From an uncultured bacterium (GTDB taxonomy: Bacteria > Chloroflexota > UBA5177 > JANWHV01), in contig CAWHAE010000018.1 in assembly GCA_963827235.1 (NCBI GenBank), forward strand, positions 224,001 through 288,000: a stretch of 64,000 nt of DNA, written 5' to 3'. Below the pieces are notes generated by a model. That model was not told where the DNA came from and did not search any database. It saw nothing but the letters and a program-made list of their open reading frames with translations. Positions 19,618 through 29,551 of this stretch are shown here, piece by piece (positions within the stretch are counted from its first letter, which is position 1; every line of letters begins with the position of its first letter). Position numbers and translations under genes: made by a program.

Positions 19618-19850
19618 GGTGGTCTCCTCTGCTTGTCTACCTCACGGCCTGCGCCGTGCGGCCAGTTGCTCATGCGTACCAGTCTGCGGTTCGCCGCTTC
19701 TCCCTACCACGCAGACCCGCGGTTCTACCCGCAGGGTTGCACGCAGCGGGCCAGCTTTGCGGCCCACAAGCCTGTCGCAGCGGCCGCCGTGGCGCATACC
19801 GCCAGGGAGCTAACCGTAAGCAACGCGCCGTGCTCCACGCGGAAGGCAGA

Positions 19851-19990
19851 CCTGAAATCTGCGATCGAGCGCTTCGGAGAGCCGATCCTGGGACCGCAGC
19901 CCTCTCGACCGCCTCCGGACATGGCCGACATGGCTTCCATCGTCGCGAGACAACAATCTGCTGCATCCGCAATGCCCGGGTGGGCCCCCA
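19851..19990 (+). repeat. Dispersed intergenic repeat, copy A
   Basis: About 81% identical to copy B (50371) over the first 110 nt (21 mismatches counted by eye). Confidence 0.85.
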
Positions 19991-20062
19991 CGCGGATATG
20001 TCCACACGGTAGAAATCGGTCTGGTAGGCTAAGGTAATAGTCGCACCGCCGCGAGGGGGACC

Positions 20063-23044
20063 ATGCCTGCCGCACCGCCGAGCGTGTTCGGTTCACTGCT
20101 CAAGCAGTACAGATTGGCGGCCCGGCTCACGCAGGAGGCCCTGGCGGAGCGAGCGGGGCTGGGCGTGCGGAGCATCCAGGCGCTCGAGCGCGGGGACAGC
20201 CGGCCGCTACGGGACACGTTGCGCCGCCTTGCGGGCGCGCTTGCCCTCCCGGAGGGCGAGCAGGCCCGGCTGCTGGCGGCGGGTACGCCGGCCCCACGCC
20301 GGCTGTCGGCCGGCGGTGCAGCCGGGCCTGGCCGGCCGCCCCGCCACAATTTGCACTCTGACTGTGCGGCCCGGTCCGCCACCAATCGGGCAGTGCTGCT
20401 GGTCGGCCGCAGCCGAGAGCTGGCCCTGCTGGATCGGCATCTGTCCGGCCAGGGTCCCCCTGTGTTGCTCCTGGCAGGCCAGCCCGGCATCGGCAAATCG
20501 CGCCTGCTGCTGGAAGCGGCCGAGCACGCCCACGCTCAGGGCTGGCGGGTGCTGCACGCCGGCTGCACCCGTGCCGGCGGCCAGCAGCCCTTCGCCCCGC
20601 TGCTGCAGGCCCTCCAGCGTCGGCTCGTCGGCTGCACGACGGAGGAGCGCCGGCTGGATCTGCGCGGCTGTGCCTGGCTGGTGCGCCTGCTGCCGGAGCT
20701 TGCCGCGGACGAGATCGTGCCCCTTCCCAGCTGGCCGCTGCCGCCCGAACAGGAGCGACGCCTGATGTTCGACGCCGTACGGCAGTTCCTCACCAACGTG
20801 GCCGGACGAGCCGGCACCCTGTTGGTGCTGGACGACTTGCAGTGGGCGGAGAGCGACGCGCTGCAACTACTGGCCTCTTTGCTGCACCAGGCTCCGGCCT
20901 CCCCGGTGCGGGTCGTCGGGGCCTACCGCGATACCGACGTGGAGCCGGAGCACCCACTCCTCACTCTGCTGGCCGAGCTGGCCGAACGGCAAGAGGCACT
21001 GCAATACCGGCTGCGACCGTTGGCGGAAGAGGACGCACAGGATCTCCTCCATCAGCTACTGGGGGAGCGGGCAGGGGCAGCGCAGCCGGCACAGATCGTG
21101 CGGCGTACCGGGGGGGTGCCATTCTACATGGTCACCTATGTGGGTGGCCTGGAGCGCGAGGAAGCCGGCGCGGAGACGCCCGGGAACCTGCCCTGGGATC
21201 TGGGGCAGAGTATTCAGCGACGGGTGCAGGCGCTGCCTGAGCAGGCACGCGAGCTGCTGGCCGTGGCCGCGGTGGTCGGCCGTGTGGTTTCGCGCGCGCT
21301 GCTGCAGGCCGTGCTGGCTCGATCTGAGCAGGAGGTGCTCGACGCGGTGGAGCGTGCCTGCAGAGCCGGATTGCTCGAGGAAGCTGGGGTGGACAGCTAC
21401 GGCTTCGTGCACGACGTGATCCGGGAGGCGATCGAGGGGAACCTGCTGCCGGCCAGGCGGCGCCTGCTGCACCGGCGCGTGGCCGAGGCCCTGGAGGCTC
21501 AATCCGGCACGGCGTCCGTGGAGGCCCTGGCCTACCATTTCCGCGAGGCCGGCGAGCAGGCGCGGGCGGTGGCCTATCTGGAGCGGGCAGGCGATTTGGC
21601 TGCGTTGCGCTTCGCCCACGCGGCTGCCGCGGAGCACTATCGGGATCTGGTTAGCTGCCTGGAGGCCCTGGGACGTACGTCCGATCTGGTCGGCGCGGGC
21701 CAGAAACTCGCCGACGCGCTGGAAAGTACTCTGCACTTTGAGGCCACGCTGGCGGCGTTGGAGCATGTCGCGGAGACGCTGCGTCTGACCGGTGACCTGG
21801 GCGGCATGGGACGCGTAGAGGCGCAGATAGGCCTCATACAAGAAGCTCGCGGAGCAGTGGCGACGGGGCTGGCTCGCCTGCAGCCGATGGCGGCGCTGCT
21901 CGCGTCCCACGGTCTCTCGTCCAGTCTGGCGCTCGTGTACAGGTCGATGGCCCTGCTCTTCTCGCACGACGGCCAGCCCGACAGAGCGTTGGCGGCTGTC
22001 GAGCAAGGCATCGCTGCCGCGCGCGCAGCAGGAGATGACCTGGTTATGCCTCATCTCCAGGGGCTCCACGCGCTTTTCCTTCTGACGCTCAATCGTGCCG
22101 ATGACGCCCTGCAGGGGACGCAAGAGCTGGTACGATGGGCCGAAGAAGCCGGAGATACCACCGCACTCGCCTGGTCGCTCGCGTTTTGCGCCTGGATCCA
22201 TGAAGAACGTGGAGAGTACGAGCAAGATCGACGCTGCGCTGCCCGCGCCCTTGAGCTGGCGGAGCAGCTGCGCAATCCGTATGTCCTCATCTGGAGTACG
22301 GTCCGGTTGGGCCTGAGTGCCCTCCTGACCGGCGATTGGCCGCTGGCGCACACGTGGCTGGAGAAGGCCATGGCCTTCACCGCCGAGGTCGGGCTCACCG
22401 AAGGCCATTGGTATACGACACCCCGGGTAGACCTTGGACGCCTCTGCACGGCCGAGGGCGCCTGGGAGGAAGCATCCCGCTACCTGGAGGAAAGCCTGGC
22501 CGCCTACGCCGAGAGCGGCCAGGCTAATCTGCGACAGGTAGCGCATGCACACCTCGCCGAGCGCGACATCCTCACCGGGCGGCCGGCAGCAGCCCAGGCG
22601 CGGCTCCTCCCCCTGCTGGATCGTCCCGGTGTGGAAGAGCGGACGGTCTCGCAGTATGTTCTACCGGTGCTGGCCTGGGCCCAGCTGGAGTTGGGCGAGT
22701 CGCAGCGTGCCGCGGCCACGGCGGCAGAGGCGGCTAGACGCGTACGCACCGGGCAGTGCCGGCTGGGGTTGGTCCACACGCTGCGGGTCCAGGCGATGGC
22801 AGCGATCGCTCAATCACGCTGGGAGGATGTCGCACCCGCCCTGGAGGAAGGCCTTGCCATGGCGCGGAGCATGCCGTACCCGCACGGCGAGGGCCGCCTT
22901 CTGCACGTCTACGGCCGGATGCACCTGGCGCGTGGAGAAGTGGAGCCGGCACGCCTGCGACTGGACGCGGCGCTGGCCATCTTCCGGCGGCTGGGGGCAC
23001 ACAAGGATGTCGAGCGTGTCGAGCAGGACTTGACCATCCTGTAG
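20063..23044 (+). CDS. XRE-HTH / AAA ATPase (STAND-like) / TPR transcriptional regulator
   Basis: N-terminal HTH (LTQEALAERAGLGVRSIQALERG), LVGR..EL, Walker A GQPGIGKS, Walker B LLVLDDLQWA, TGGVPFY, FVHD, TPR-like C-terminus. Confidence 0.92.
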   Translation: MPAAPPSVFGSLLKQYRLAARLTQEALAERAGLGVRSIQALERGDSRPLRDTLRRLAGALALPEGEQARLLAAGTPAPRRLSAGGAAGPGRPPRHNLHSDCAARSATNRAVLLVGRSRELALLDRHLSGQGPPVLLLAGQPGIGKSRLLLEAAEHAHAQGWRVLHAGCTRAGGQQPFAPLLQALQRRLVGCTTEERRLDLRGCAWLVRLLPELAADEIVPLPSWPLPPEQERRLMFDAVRQFLTNVAGRAGTLLVLDDLQWAESDALQLLASLLHQAPASPVRVVGAYRDTDVEPEHPLLTLLAELAERQEALQYRLRPLAEEDAQDLLHQLLGERAGAAQPAQIVRRTGGVPFYMVTYVGGLEREEAGAETPGNLPWDLGQSIQRRVQALPEQARELLAVAAVVGRVVSRALLQAVLARSEQEVLDAVERACRAGLLEEAGVDSYGFVHDVIREAIEGNLLPARRRLLHRRVAEALEAQSGTASVEALAYHFREAGEQARAVAYLERAGDLAALRFAHAAAAEHYRDLVSCLEALGRTSDLVGAGQKLADALESTLHFEATLAALEHVAETLRLTGDLGGMGRVEAQIGLIQEARGAVATGLARLQPMAALLASHGLSSSLALVYRSMALLFSHDGQPDRALAAVEQGIAAARAAGDDLVMPHLQGLHALFLLTLNRADDALQGTQELVRWAEEAGDTTALAWSLAFCAWIHEERGEYEQDRRCAARALELAEQLRNPYVLIWSTVRLGLSALLTGDWPLAHTWLEKAMAFTAEVGLTEGHWYTTPRVDLGRLCTAEGAWEEASRYLEESLAAYAESGQANLRQVAHAHLAERDILTGRPAAAQARLLPLLDRPGVEERTVSQYVLPVLAWAQLELGESQRAAATAAEAARRVRTGQCRLGLVHTLRVQAMAAIAQSRWEDVAPALEEGLAMARSMPYPHGEGRLLHVYGRMHLARGEVEPARLRLDAALAIFRRLGAHKDVERVEQDLTIL

Positions 23045-23319
23045 CGGCGGCCAACCGCGAGTCGCCAATTCCGAATCCAGGCGGTTCCGATGGCTTCCCG
23101 CCTGCCCGCGTGAGCATCAGCTGCGATGACGGCCAGGCGAGTGATAAGGCCATTGATCGCGCCACGCTGACTGCTGGGACAGCTTTGAAGCCGCGGATGT
23201 CCTTCGCCTCCGGCGCCCGAGCATCACGGCCAAAGACCACCGGTGGCGGCACTCGCAAGACGCGGCGAGTCGTCCGCGAAGTGTTTGGCAGTCCGCGAAG
23301 CGTGGGCTGATCGCGTACG

Positions 23320-24222
23320 TCAGGCCGGCCACGTGGAGGCCGCCGGCAGGACCTGCACGCTCACCGACAGCTCGCTTCTGGTCGTCCCCTTATACACGCC
23401 ATGCGTCGGCGGCACGTCGGCGTAATCGCGGCCAACGGCCACGCGGATGTGGCGCTCGCCGGCAATCAGATCGTTCGTTGGGTCAAAGCCCACCCAGCCC
23501 AGCTCCGGCAGCAGGGCCTCGACCCAGGCATGTGAGGCATCGTGCGCGCCCGCCGAGTCCGCCCGATCCGCCGGCTGGTCGTCGCCTGCCTCCTCAGCCG
23601 CGCGGTGATGCAGATAGCCGCTCACGTACCGGCACGGCACTCCCAGCTCGCGTACGAGGGCAATCATCACGTGCGCGAAGTCCTGGCATACCCCCCGGCG
23701 GAGGCGCAGCGCGTCGTCGATCGGCGAGTCGACCTTCGTCGTGTCCAGCGCATAGACGAAGCTGCCGTGCACGGCGTGGCTGACCCGGCTCAGCGTAGTG
23801 AGCGGATCGCTGTCGCGCGCGATGCCCAGCTCGGCCGCCAAGCCCCTCAGTAGCGGACTCGGCCAGGCAAAGCGGCTGGGCGCCAGTGTGTCCCAGTATG
23901 CATCCGAGCTCGTCAGGGAGTCCAGAGCGCTCCAGGCATCGCCGGGCAGGGCGGGCGGCAGCGTGAGCGGCGCATCCACCTCCACCGAGGCGCTGGCCGT
24001 AATGGTCAGATGCGAGTGGCCGTGCAGGATGTCGAAGTAGTGCACGATGTTGCCGTCCGCGTCGCGATAGGCCGACACATGGGAGCGCGGACTCGTCTGC
24101 AGATCGAAGGTCAGGCAGCGTTGCCGCCCGTCCGTCCGCGGCTGCATGCGCGCCTCCACCACGCTCTCGCAGATCGGGTCGTGATAGCTGAACTTCGTAA
24201 CGTGCTTGAGTACATAGCGCAT
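23320..24222 (-). CDS. Transglutaminase family protein with bacterial transglutaminase N-terminal domain
   Basis: GVCQDFAH, RYVSGY, SHAWVE, GWVGFDPTN, VGRDYADV (Cys-His-Asp triad intact). Confidence 0.95.
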   Translation of the reverse strand: MRYVLKHVTKFSYHDPICESVVEARMQPRTDGRQRCLTFDLQTSPRSHVSAYRDADGNIVHYFDILHGHSHLTITASASVEVDAPLTLPPALPGDAWSALDSLTSSDAYWDTLAPSRFAWPSPLLRGLAAELGIARDSDPLTTLSRVSHAVHGSFVYALDTTKVDSPIDDALRLRRGVCQDFAHVMIALVRELGVPCRYVSGYLHHRAAEEAGDDQPADRADSAGAHDASHAWVEALLPELGWVGFDPTNDLIAGERHIRVAVGRDYADVPPTHGVYKGTTRSELSVSVQVLPAASTWPA

Positions 24223-24238
24223 GCGGACTGTCGCCGTT

Positions 24239-25240
24239 CTACTGATCTATGGTGGCGGCGGCTGCCACGGCCGCGGGATATACCTGCGCCCTGCCGTCCG
24301 GAATTCGCCGTGGCGCGATGTACGTGTGGCCGGCGGCAGTATGAATCTCGGCGCAGAGATGCTGAACCTCCCTCAGGAAGGCATGCGCGTCACCGCCCGG
24401 TAGATCCTCAATCTGAGCATAGTCCAGCATGGCACGCAGTCGCCCTGCCAGGCGATCGGTGCGGCCACCAGTTCGCCCGGTCCCCCGGCCGATAGCCTGC
24501 AGGGAGGTCTGCATCATGCCGGCGCAACACCTGAGCGAGTGTGGAAAGGCCGGATCGAACAGCAGGAACTGCAGGACGCGCGTCGGCTCCAGCGCTGCCG
24601 AATGGACCTTGCAGAAGGCCTCGACGGCCACGCAGCACTCGAGCAGGCCGGCCATCTCCAGATACGTCGATGCATCGGGCGAGTGCCCCGCGCGCACCGA
24701 GCTGCCCAGGTGCGAGTCCAGCAGCACCGTCATGGATTCTGCGCGCTCGAGAAACCGGCCGAGCTGGATGAAATGCCAGCCTTCGCCGTGCGTCATCGTA
24801 TCGTCGGTGACGCCCTGAAAGAGATACACACCGCTCTTCACGGTGACATAGCAGCCGTGTGGCTCGACCAGCCACTTCTCCGCCATGCCGGGATCCTGGA
24901 AGCTCAGGTAGAGCCGGTTGACCTGCTCCCACATCTCCGACGAGATCTCCTGGCGAGCCTGTCGCGTGTTCTCGCGCGCGAACGAGATGCAGGCCAGTAC
25001 CGATGCAGGGTTCGTGAGATCGAACGTGAGCACGCGCGCGATCTGCTCGGGAAGGGCCGGCGCCTCCACGGGCATCGCCACCCGCAAGCCGTCGCACACG
25101 CGTTGCCAGTGTGCCTCGGTCGGCTGCCTCGGCTGCTCCTGCTCCCGGTGCAGGTGCACGTCGATCACGCGCGCCGTGTGCCCGGCGCGTTCCAGGTAGC
25201 GGCTAGCCCAATACAGGTTCTCGGCGACGCGCGACAGCAT
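24239..25240 (-). CDS. Alpha-E domain protein (DUF403)
   Basis: MLSRVAENLYWASRYLERA, ARENTRQAR.EISSEMWE, LGRFLERA (two ER motifs). Confidence 0.95.
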   Translation of the reverse strand: MLSRVAENLYWASRYLERAGHTARVIDVHLHREQEQPRQPTEAHWQRVCDGLRVAMPVEAPALPEQIARVLTFDLTNPASVLACISFARENTRQARQEISSEMWEQVNRLYLSFQDPGMAEKWLVEPHGCYVTVKSGVYLFQGVTDDTMTHGEGWHFIQLGRFLERAESMTVLLDSHLGSSVRAGHSPDASTYLEMAGLLECCVAVEAFCKVHSAALEPTRVLQFLLFDPAFPHSLRCCAGMMQTSLQAIGRGTGRTGGRTDRLAGRLRAMLDYAQIEDLPGGDAHAFLREVQHLCAEIHTAAGHTYIAPRRIPDGRAQVYPAAVAAAATIDQ

Positions 25241-25273
25241 TCCCGCCCTCCTTTCCGGACCGGATCCGCCGCC

Positions 25274-26797
25274 TCATTCCGCCAACACCCACGTGTCCTT
25301 GCTGCCGCCGCCTTGAGACGAGTTCACCACCAGGGAGCCCTCTCTCAGGGCTACCCGGGTGAGTCCGCCCGGTATCACGGAGACTGTCCCGCTGTAGAGC
25401 ACGAACGGCCTCAGATCGACGTGCCGCGGCACGACCCGCCCTTCGACGAAGCATGGGGCCCGAGAGAGGGCCAGGGTCGGCTGGGCAATGTAGCCGCGCG
25501 GATCGGCCTGGATCCGCTCGCGGAACTCCTCGCGCTCGGCGGCGGTGCTGTGAGGCCCGATCAGCATGCCGTATCCTCCCGATTGGCCGGTGGCCTTCAC
25601 CACCAGATCTTGCAGGTGCTCCAGCACGTACCGGCGCTGCAGGCGATCGGTGAGCAGATATGTCTCGACGTTGGGCAGCACCGGCTCTTCAGCCAGGTAG
25701 TAGCGAATGATCTTGGGAACGTAGGCATAGACGGCTTTGTCGTCGGCCACGCCGGTGCCGATCGCGTTGGCCAGAGTCACGTTGCCCTCGTGCCAGGCGT
25801 GCACTAGACCGGCCACGCCCAGCAACGAGTCGGCGCGAAACGCCAACGGATCGAGGAAGTCGTCGTCCACCCGACGGTAGATGACGTCCACGCGCTGCAA
25901 TCCGGCCGTCGTGCGCATATACACCGTGCCGTCGTGCACGAGCAGGTCCCGGCCTTCCGCCAGATCGATGCCCATCTGATGGGCCAGAAACGTGTGCTCG
26001 AAATATGCGGAGTTGTGTATGCCCGGCGAGAGCAGGACGACCGTCGGATCGGTCCTTCCAGGCGGTGCGATCGCGCGCAGCGTGTTCAGCAAGGACTGCG
26101 CGTAATGATCGATCGATCGCACCGCGTAACGGTCGAACATGGGCTTGCAGACGTGTTTCATCACTCGCCGGTTCACGAGCATGTACGAGGCACCACTCGG
26201 CACCCGCAAGTTGTCCTCGAGCACGGCAAACGATCCGTCTTCGAGGCGGACCAGGTCGCTGCCGACGATCGCCGCATAGACGTCGCGCGGCACCTGCAGC
26301 CCCCTGATCTCCCGCCGATACTGGGGACAGCTGTAGATCAGAGCGCGCGGCACGACGCCGTCGGCCAGAATGCGGCCCTCGTGATAGATATCCTTGAGAA
26401 AGAGGTTCAGAGCGGTGACGCGCTGTGTCAGGCCGCGCTCGATGGTCGCCCACTCGGCGGCCGTGATCAGGCGCGGCAGGAGATCGTATGGCCAGACGCG
26501 CTCGGTTCCCTGCTCCTGGCCATAGACGTTGAACGTGATCCCCTCATGGAGGAATGCCTTCTCGGCAGAATCCTGGCGATAGTGCAGGTCGAAAGCCGGC
26601 AAGTCGTAAAGACGGTTGTAGAGCTCTTGATACGGCGACCGGGGCCGGCCCGCGGCATCGAACATCTCGTCAAAGGAAGCCTCGAGCGGATAGCCGCCGA
26701 ACGGCGACACGCGATCTTCGCGCACGCGGCGCAGACGGGCGACGGGGGGCAGCGTTGGCTGGCTCACAGGCAATTCAAACGGCTGCACAATACCCAC
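25274..26797 (-). CDS. Circularly permuted type 2 ATP-grasp protein
   Basis: [69 protein letters not shown]. Confidence 0.96.
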   Translation of the reverse strand: MGIVQPFELPVSQPTLPPVARLRRVREDRVSPFGGYPLEASFDEMFDAAGRPRSPYQELYNRLYDLPAFDLHYRQDSAEKAFLHEGITFNVYGQEQGTERVWPYDLLPRLITAAEWATIERGLTQRVTALNLFLKDIYHEGRILADGVVPRALIYSCPQYRREIRGLQVPRDVYAAIVGSDLVRLEDGSFAVLEDNLRVPSGASYMLVNRRVMKHVCKPMFDRYAVRSIDHYAQSLLNTLRAIAPPGRTDPTVVLLSPGIHNSAYFEHTFLAHQMGIDLAEGRDLLVHDGTVYMRTTAGLQRVDVIYRRVDDDFLDPLAFRADSLLGVAGLVHAWHEGNVTLANAIGTGVADDKAVYAYVPKIIRYYLAEEPVLPNVETYLLTDRLQRRYVLEHLQDLVVKATGQSGGYGMLIGPHSTAAEREEFRERIQADPRGYIAQPTLALSRAPCFVEGRVVPRHVDLRPFVLYSGTVSVIPGGLTRVALREGSLVVNSSQGGGSKDTWVLAE

Positions 26798-27123
26798 GGT
26801 TCCTTCCTGGCGCGACGAGGCAGTGTGGATGCCACACCCCTTGCCACATCTCCACTGCTTCCCGAGCAGGGACTGTCGTTACGTCACGCTACGCCGCCGG
26901 CAGCCTCGGTCGCCGAGGAGTGCCGCCCCGTGCAGCACCTCGCTGCGGGAAAGCGGCTCAGGCAACGCTGCCTACAGAAACGACAAAACCGCTCACACCG
27001 GTGAGCGGCAACACAGCCGGGCTCGCGTGCACGGCGACGAGCACCGTCGAGCACGCACCCCTTGTGCTCGATACGAATGCGTTGAGGCTATCAAGTCCGT
27101 GCTTACGGGTCAAGCCGGCGCGA

Positions 27124-28194
27124 TTAGGGCATCAATACCGCTTTCACGGCCTCGCGCTGCTGCATGGCCGCGAACGCCGTCCGCCAATCGAGCAAATCGT
27201 ATTCGCGCAGCAGGGGACGAACGTTCAGCGTGCCTGCCACCATCAGGCGCAAGACGCGCTCCCAGGTATCGAAGCCGTGTCCGAATGAGCCGCGCAGCGT
27301 CGCGGCCTTTCTCACCAGCGGGTCGAGGTTCACGAACGACGAGCTGCCGCTCAAGCCGATGCGTGTGATCTGCCCGCCCGGGCGCACGATGCGTATCGCC
27401 TGCTCGAGCGCAGTCTGCGAGCCGGAGGTCTCGATCACGAGCTGTGGCCCGGCCCCATCGCCCAGATCCTCGAACAGCGCCGGCAGGTTTCCATAGCCGG
27501 AATCCACCGTCTGGGTGGCGCCGAACCCGTATGCCAGCTTGAGGCGAGCGCCGTCCTCGGCCAGCCCGACCACGATCAGGTTTGAGGCACCCAGGGTCAT
27601 CACGATCTGCGTGCACAGCAGTCCTATCGACCCCGGCCCGAAAATAACCACCGTGTCGCCTGGTCGCACGCACGACCGGTCGATGCATGCCGTGGCTGCC
27701 ACACAGCACGGTTCTGCGGCCGCGCCTTCCTGCCACGAGATCGCCTGGGGCAGTCTGTGCAGCAGCCCTGCACGCACGACGATGAACTCGGCACACGCCC
27801 CGTCGGCTTCCTGACCGAAGCCGGCACGCCGCGGACAGAGGCTGAAGCGACCGCTCATACAGTATTCGCAGGTGCCGCACACGCTGGCCGACGGCTCGCA
27901 CACGACACGGTCGCCCGCGTGCCACGCCGTGACCCCATCGCCGACCGCCCAGACCTCGCCGCTGAACTCATGCCCGATGATCACCGGAGTGCGCACGGTC
28001 CATGGCTGCGTTCCGCTGAACCGCTGGATGTCGCCGCCGCAGATCGCAGCCGCGCGCACCCTGATCAGCACTTCTCCCGCCGCCGGCCGCTGGACTGCCA
28101 CGGCGCGCATCTCGAGGGCGCGGGGCTCCGGTGCATACTGCACGAGCGCACGCATGGTGACCGGCAGATCGGTATGGCCTGTCATACCAGACAT
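27124..28194 (-). CDS. Zinc-dependent (MDR) dehydrogenase, sorbitol/threonine DH-like
   Basis: AICGGD, GHEFSG, CGTCEYC..C, GPGSIG. Confidence 0.92.
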   Translation of the reverse strand: MSGMTGHTDLPVTMRALVQYAPEPRALEMRAVAVQRPAAGEVLIRVRAAAICGGDIQRFSGTQPWTVRTPVIIGHEFSGEVWAVGDGVTAWHAGDRVVCEPSASVCGTCEYCMSGRFSLCPRRAGFGQEADGACAEFIVVRAGLLHRLPQAISWQEGAAAEPCCVAATACIDRSCVRPGDTVVIFGPGSIGLLCTQIVMTLGASNLIVVGLAEDGARLKLAYGFGATQTVDSGYGNLPALFEDLGDGAGPQLVIETSGSQTALEQAIRIVRPGGQITRIGLSGSSSFVNLDPLVRKAATLRGSFGHGFDTWERVLRLMVAGTLNVRPLLREYDLLDWRTAFAAMQQREAVKAVLMP

Positions 28195-28259
28195 GATCGG
28201 TCCTTATCCTACCCGAGTCAAGAGCGTTATCGCGTAGCCCAAATGGCTGGTCTGCACAG

Positions 28260-29225
28260 TCAGCGCGCCGTTCGGGCCGGCTCCTTCAGTTCCTCTGTGC
28301 GGATCTTCACGTAGGTGCGGTAGCGTTCGGGGTCGATGAGACACTGCTCCAGTGCGCGGCGTACGGCGCACGACGGCTCGTGAACGTGCGTGCAGCGCGC
28401 AAACCGGCAGGCATCGAGATAGGGCCGCATCTCCGGAAAGAGTAGTGGGAGCTCCTCTGGACTCAAGTCCCAGAGAGCCAGCTCTCGCAGTCCGGGCGTG
28501 TCTGCCAGGTATCCGCCGATATCCAGGGCGACCAGCTCGGAGACCGTGGTCGTGTGCCTGCCCTTCCCCGTGGCGGCGCTCACCGCCTCTGCCCTGAGAT
28601 GCAGGCCGGGCTGCAAGGCGTTCAAGATGGTCGACTTGCCGACGCCGGACGGTCCGATGATCGTGCTGATCCGCCCGGCGAGCAGGGCGCGCAGCCTGTC
28701 GAATCCCTGACCCGTCCGGCTGCTGCTGATCACCACGTGGTAGCCGATATCGCCGTATGCCTGCATGGCGCTCTCGGCTTCCTGCTGCGTGCCGAGATCG
28801 AGCTTGGTCACCAGTATCACCGGCGTTATCTCGCTTTGCTCGGCAGCCAGAAGAAAGCGATCCAGGCGCGCTCGGTTGAGCGGCGGCTCGCGCAGGGCCA
28901 CGGCAAGGACTACCAGGTCGATGTTCGCGGCCAGCACTTGCTTGAGTCCCGTCTCGCCGCTTGCCTGGCGGGCAAGCTCGTTCCGGCGCGGGCTGACACG
29001 CTCTATCACACCCTCGGTGGCAGAGAGTCGGCGGATCACCGCCCGATCGCCCACGACAACCGGGTTCTTGACGGTCCGTCGCCCCTGCTTGAAACGTCCG
29101 GGCAGGGTGCACGTCACGGTTTCGTCCCCCACGCGCACGGTATAGAACCCACTCTGTGCGCGCAGCACCAGGCCCTCGATCGTATCTACCGTAAAGCCAC
29201 CGCTCCAGCGCTCCGTCGCGCGCAC
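28260..29225 (-). CDS. rsgA: Ribosome small subunit-dependent GTPase A
   Basis: OB N-terminus VVGDR, ANID, TKLD (G4), GPSGVGKS (G1), GRHTT, DTPG, CRFARCTHVHEPSC zinc finger. Start is uncertain. Confidence 0.93.
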   Translation of the reverse strand: MRATERWSGGFTVDTIEGLVLRAQSGFYTVRVGDETVTCTLPGRFKQGRRTVKNPVVVGDRAVIRRLSATEGVIERVSPRRNELARQASGETGLKQVLAANIDLVVLAVALREPPLNRARLDRFLLAAEQSEITPVILVTKLDLGTQQEAESAMQAYGDIGYHVVISSSRTGQGFDRLRALLAGRISTIIGPSGVGKSTILNALQPGLHLRAEAVSAATGKGRHTTTVSELVALDIGGYLADTPGLRELALWDLSPEELPLLFPEMRPYLDACRFARCTHVHEPSCAVRRALEQCLIDPERYRTYVKIRTEELKEPARTAR

Positions 29226-29363
29226 TCCCCGCCGCTCCGGCACAACACATGCCGTCGCGGGCGCCGGCGGCATGGCCGCGACACCGTGCATTGTAACCCG
29301 GAAGGCAGGCAAGCACGGCAAGCGGTCGTAGCGCGCTGCCTGGCTGCGGCCGGCCACACGAGA

Positions 29364-29418
29364 CTTAATACACGTTTAACGCCGAGTTAACCATGGCCTC
29401 TTCCGCCGGCGTTACGCT
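29364..29418 (+). promoter_or_regulatory. Pho-box-like triple direct repeat plus -10 element
   Basis: CTTAATAC / TTTAACGC / GTTAACCA with TTAA at 29365, 29376 and 29387 (11-bp period). TACGCT at 29413-29418. Confidence 0.6.
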
Positions 29419-29551
29419 GGCGTTGAAACCGGCATGCCCGATCGGAAACCGTGGCCGGTCGGATGTCAGCGGCAACTGCCATGGTGTACATGCACGCCGG
29501 GAGTGATAGCGCGTACCGCATGGTCGCGGCGCGTTGCGCCGGGGTGGCGCG

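Noticed and set aside
23045-23319. Intergenic region with GTCCGCGAAG twice (23271, 23290)
   Set aside because: Only two 10-bp copies with no spacer array or convincing structure.
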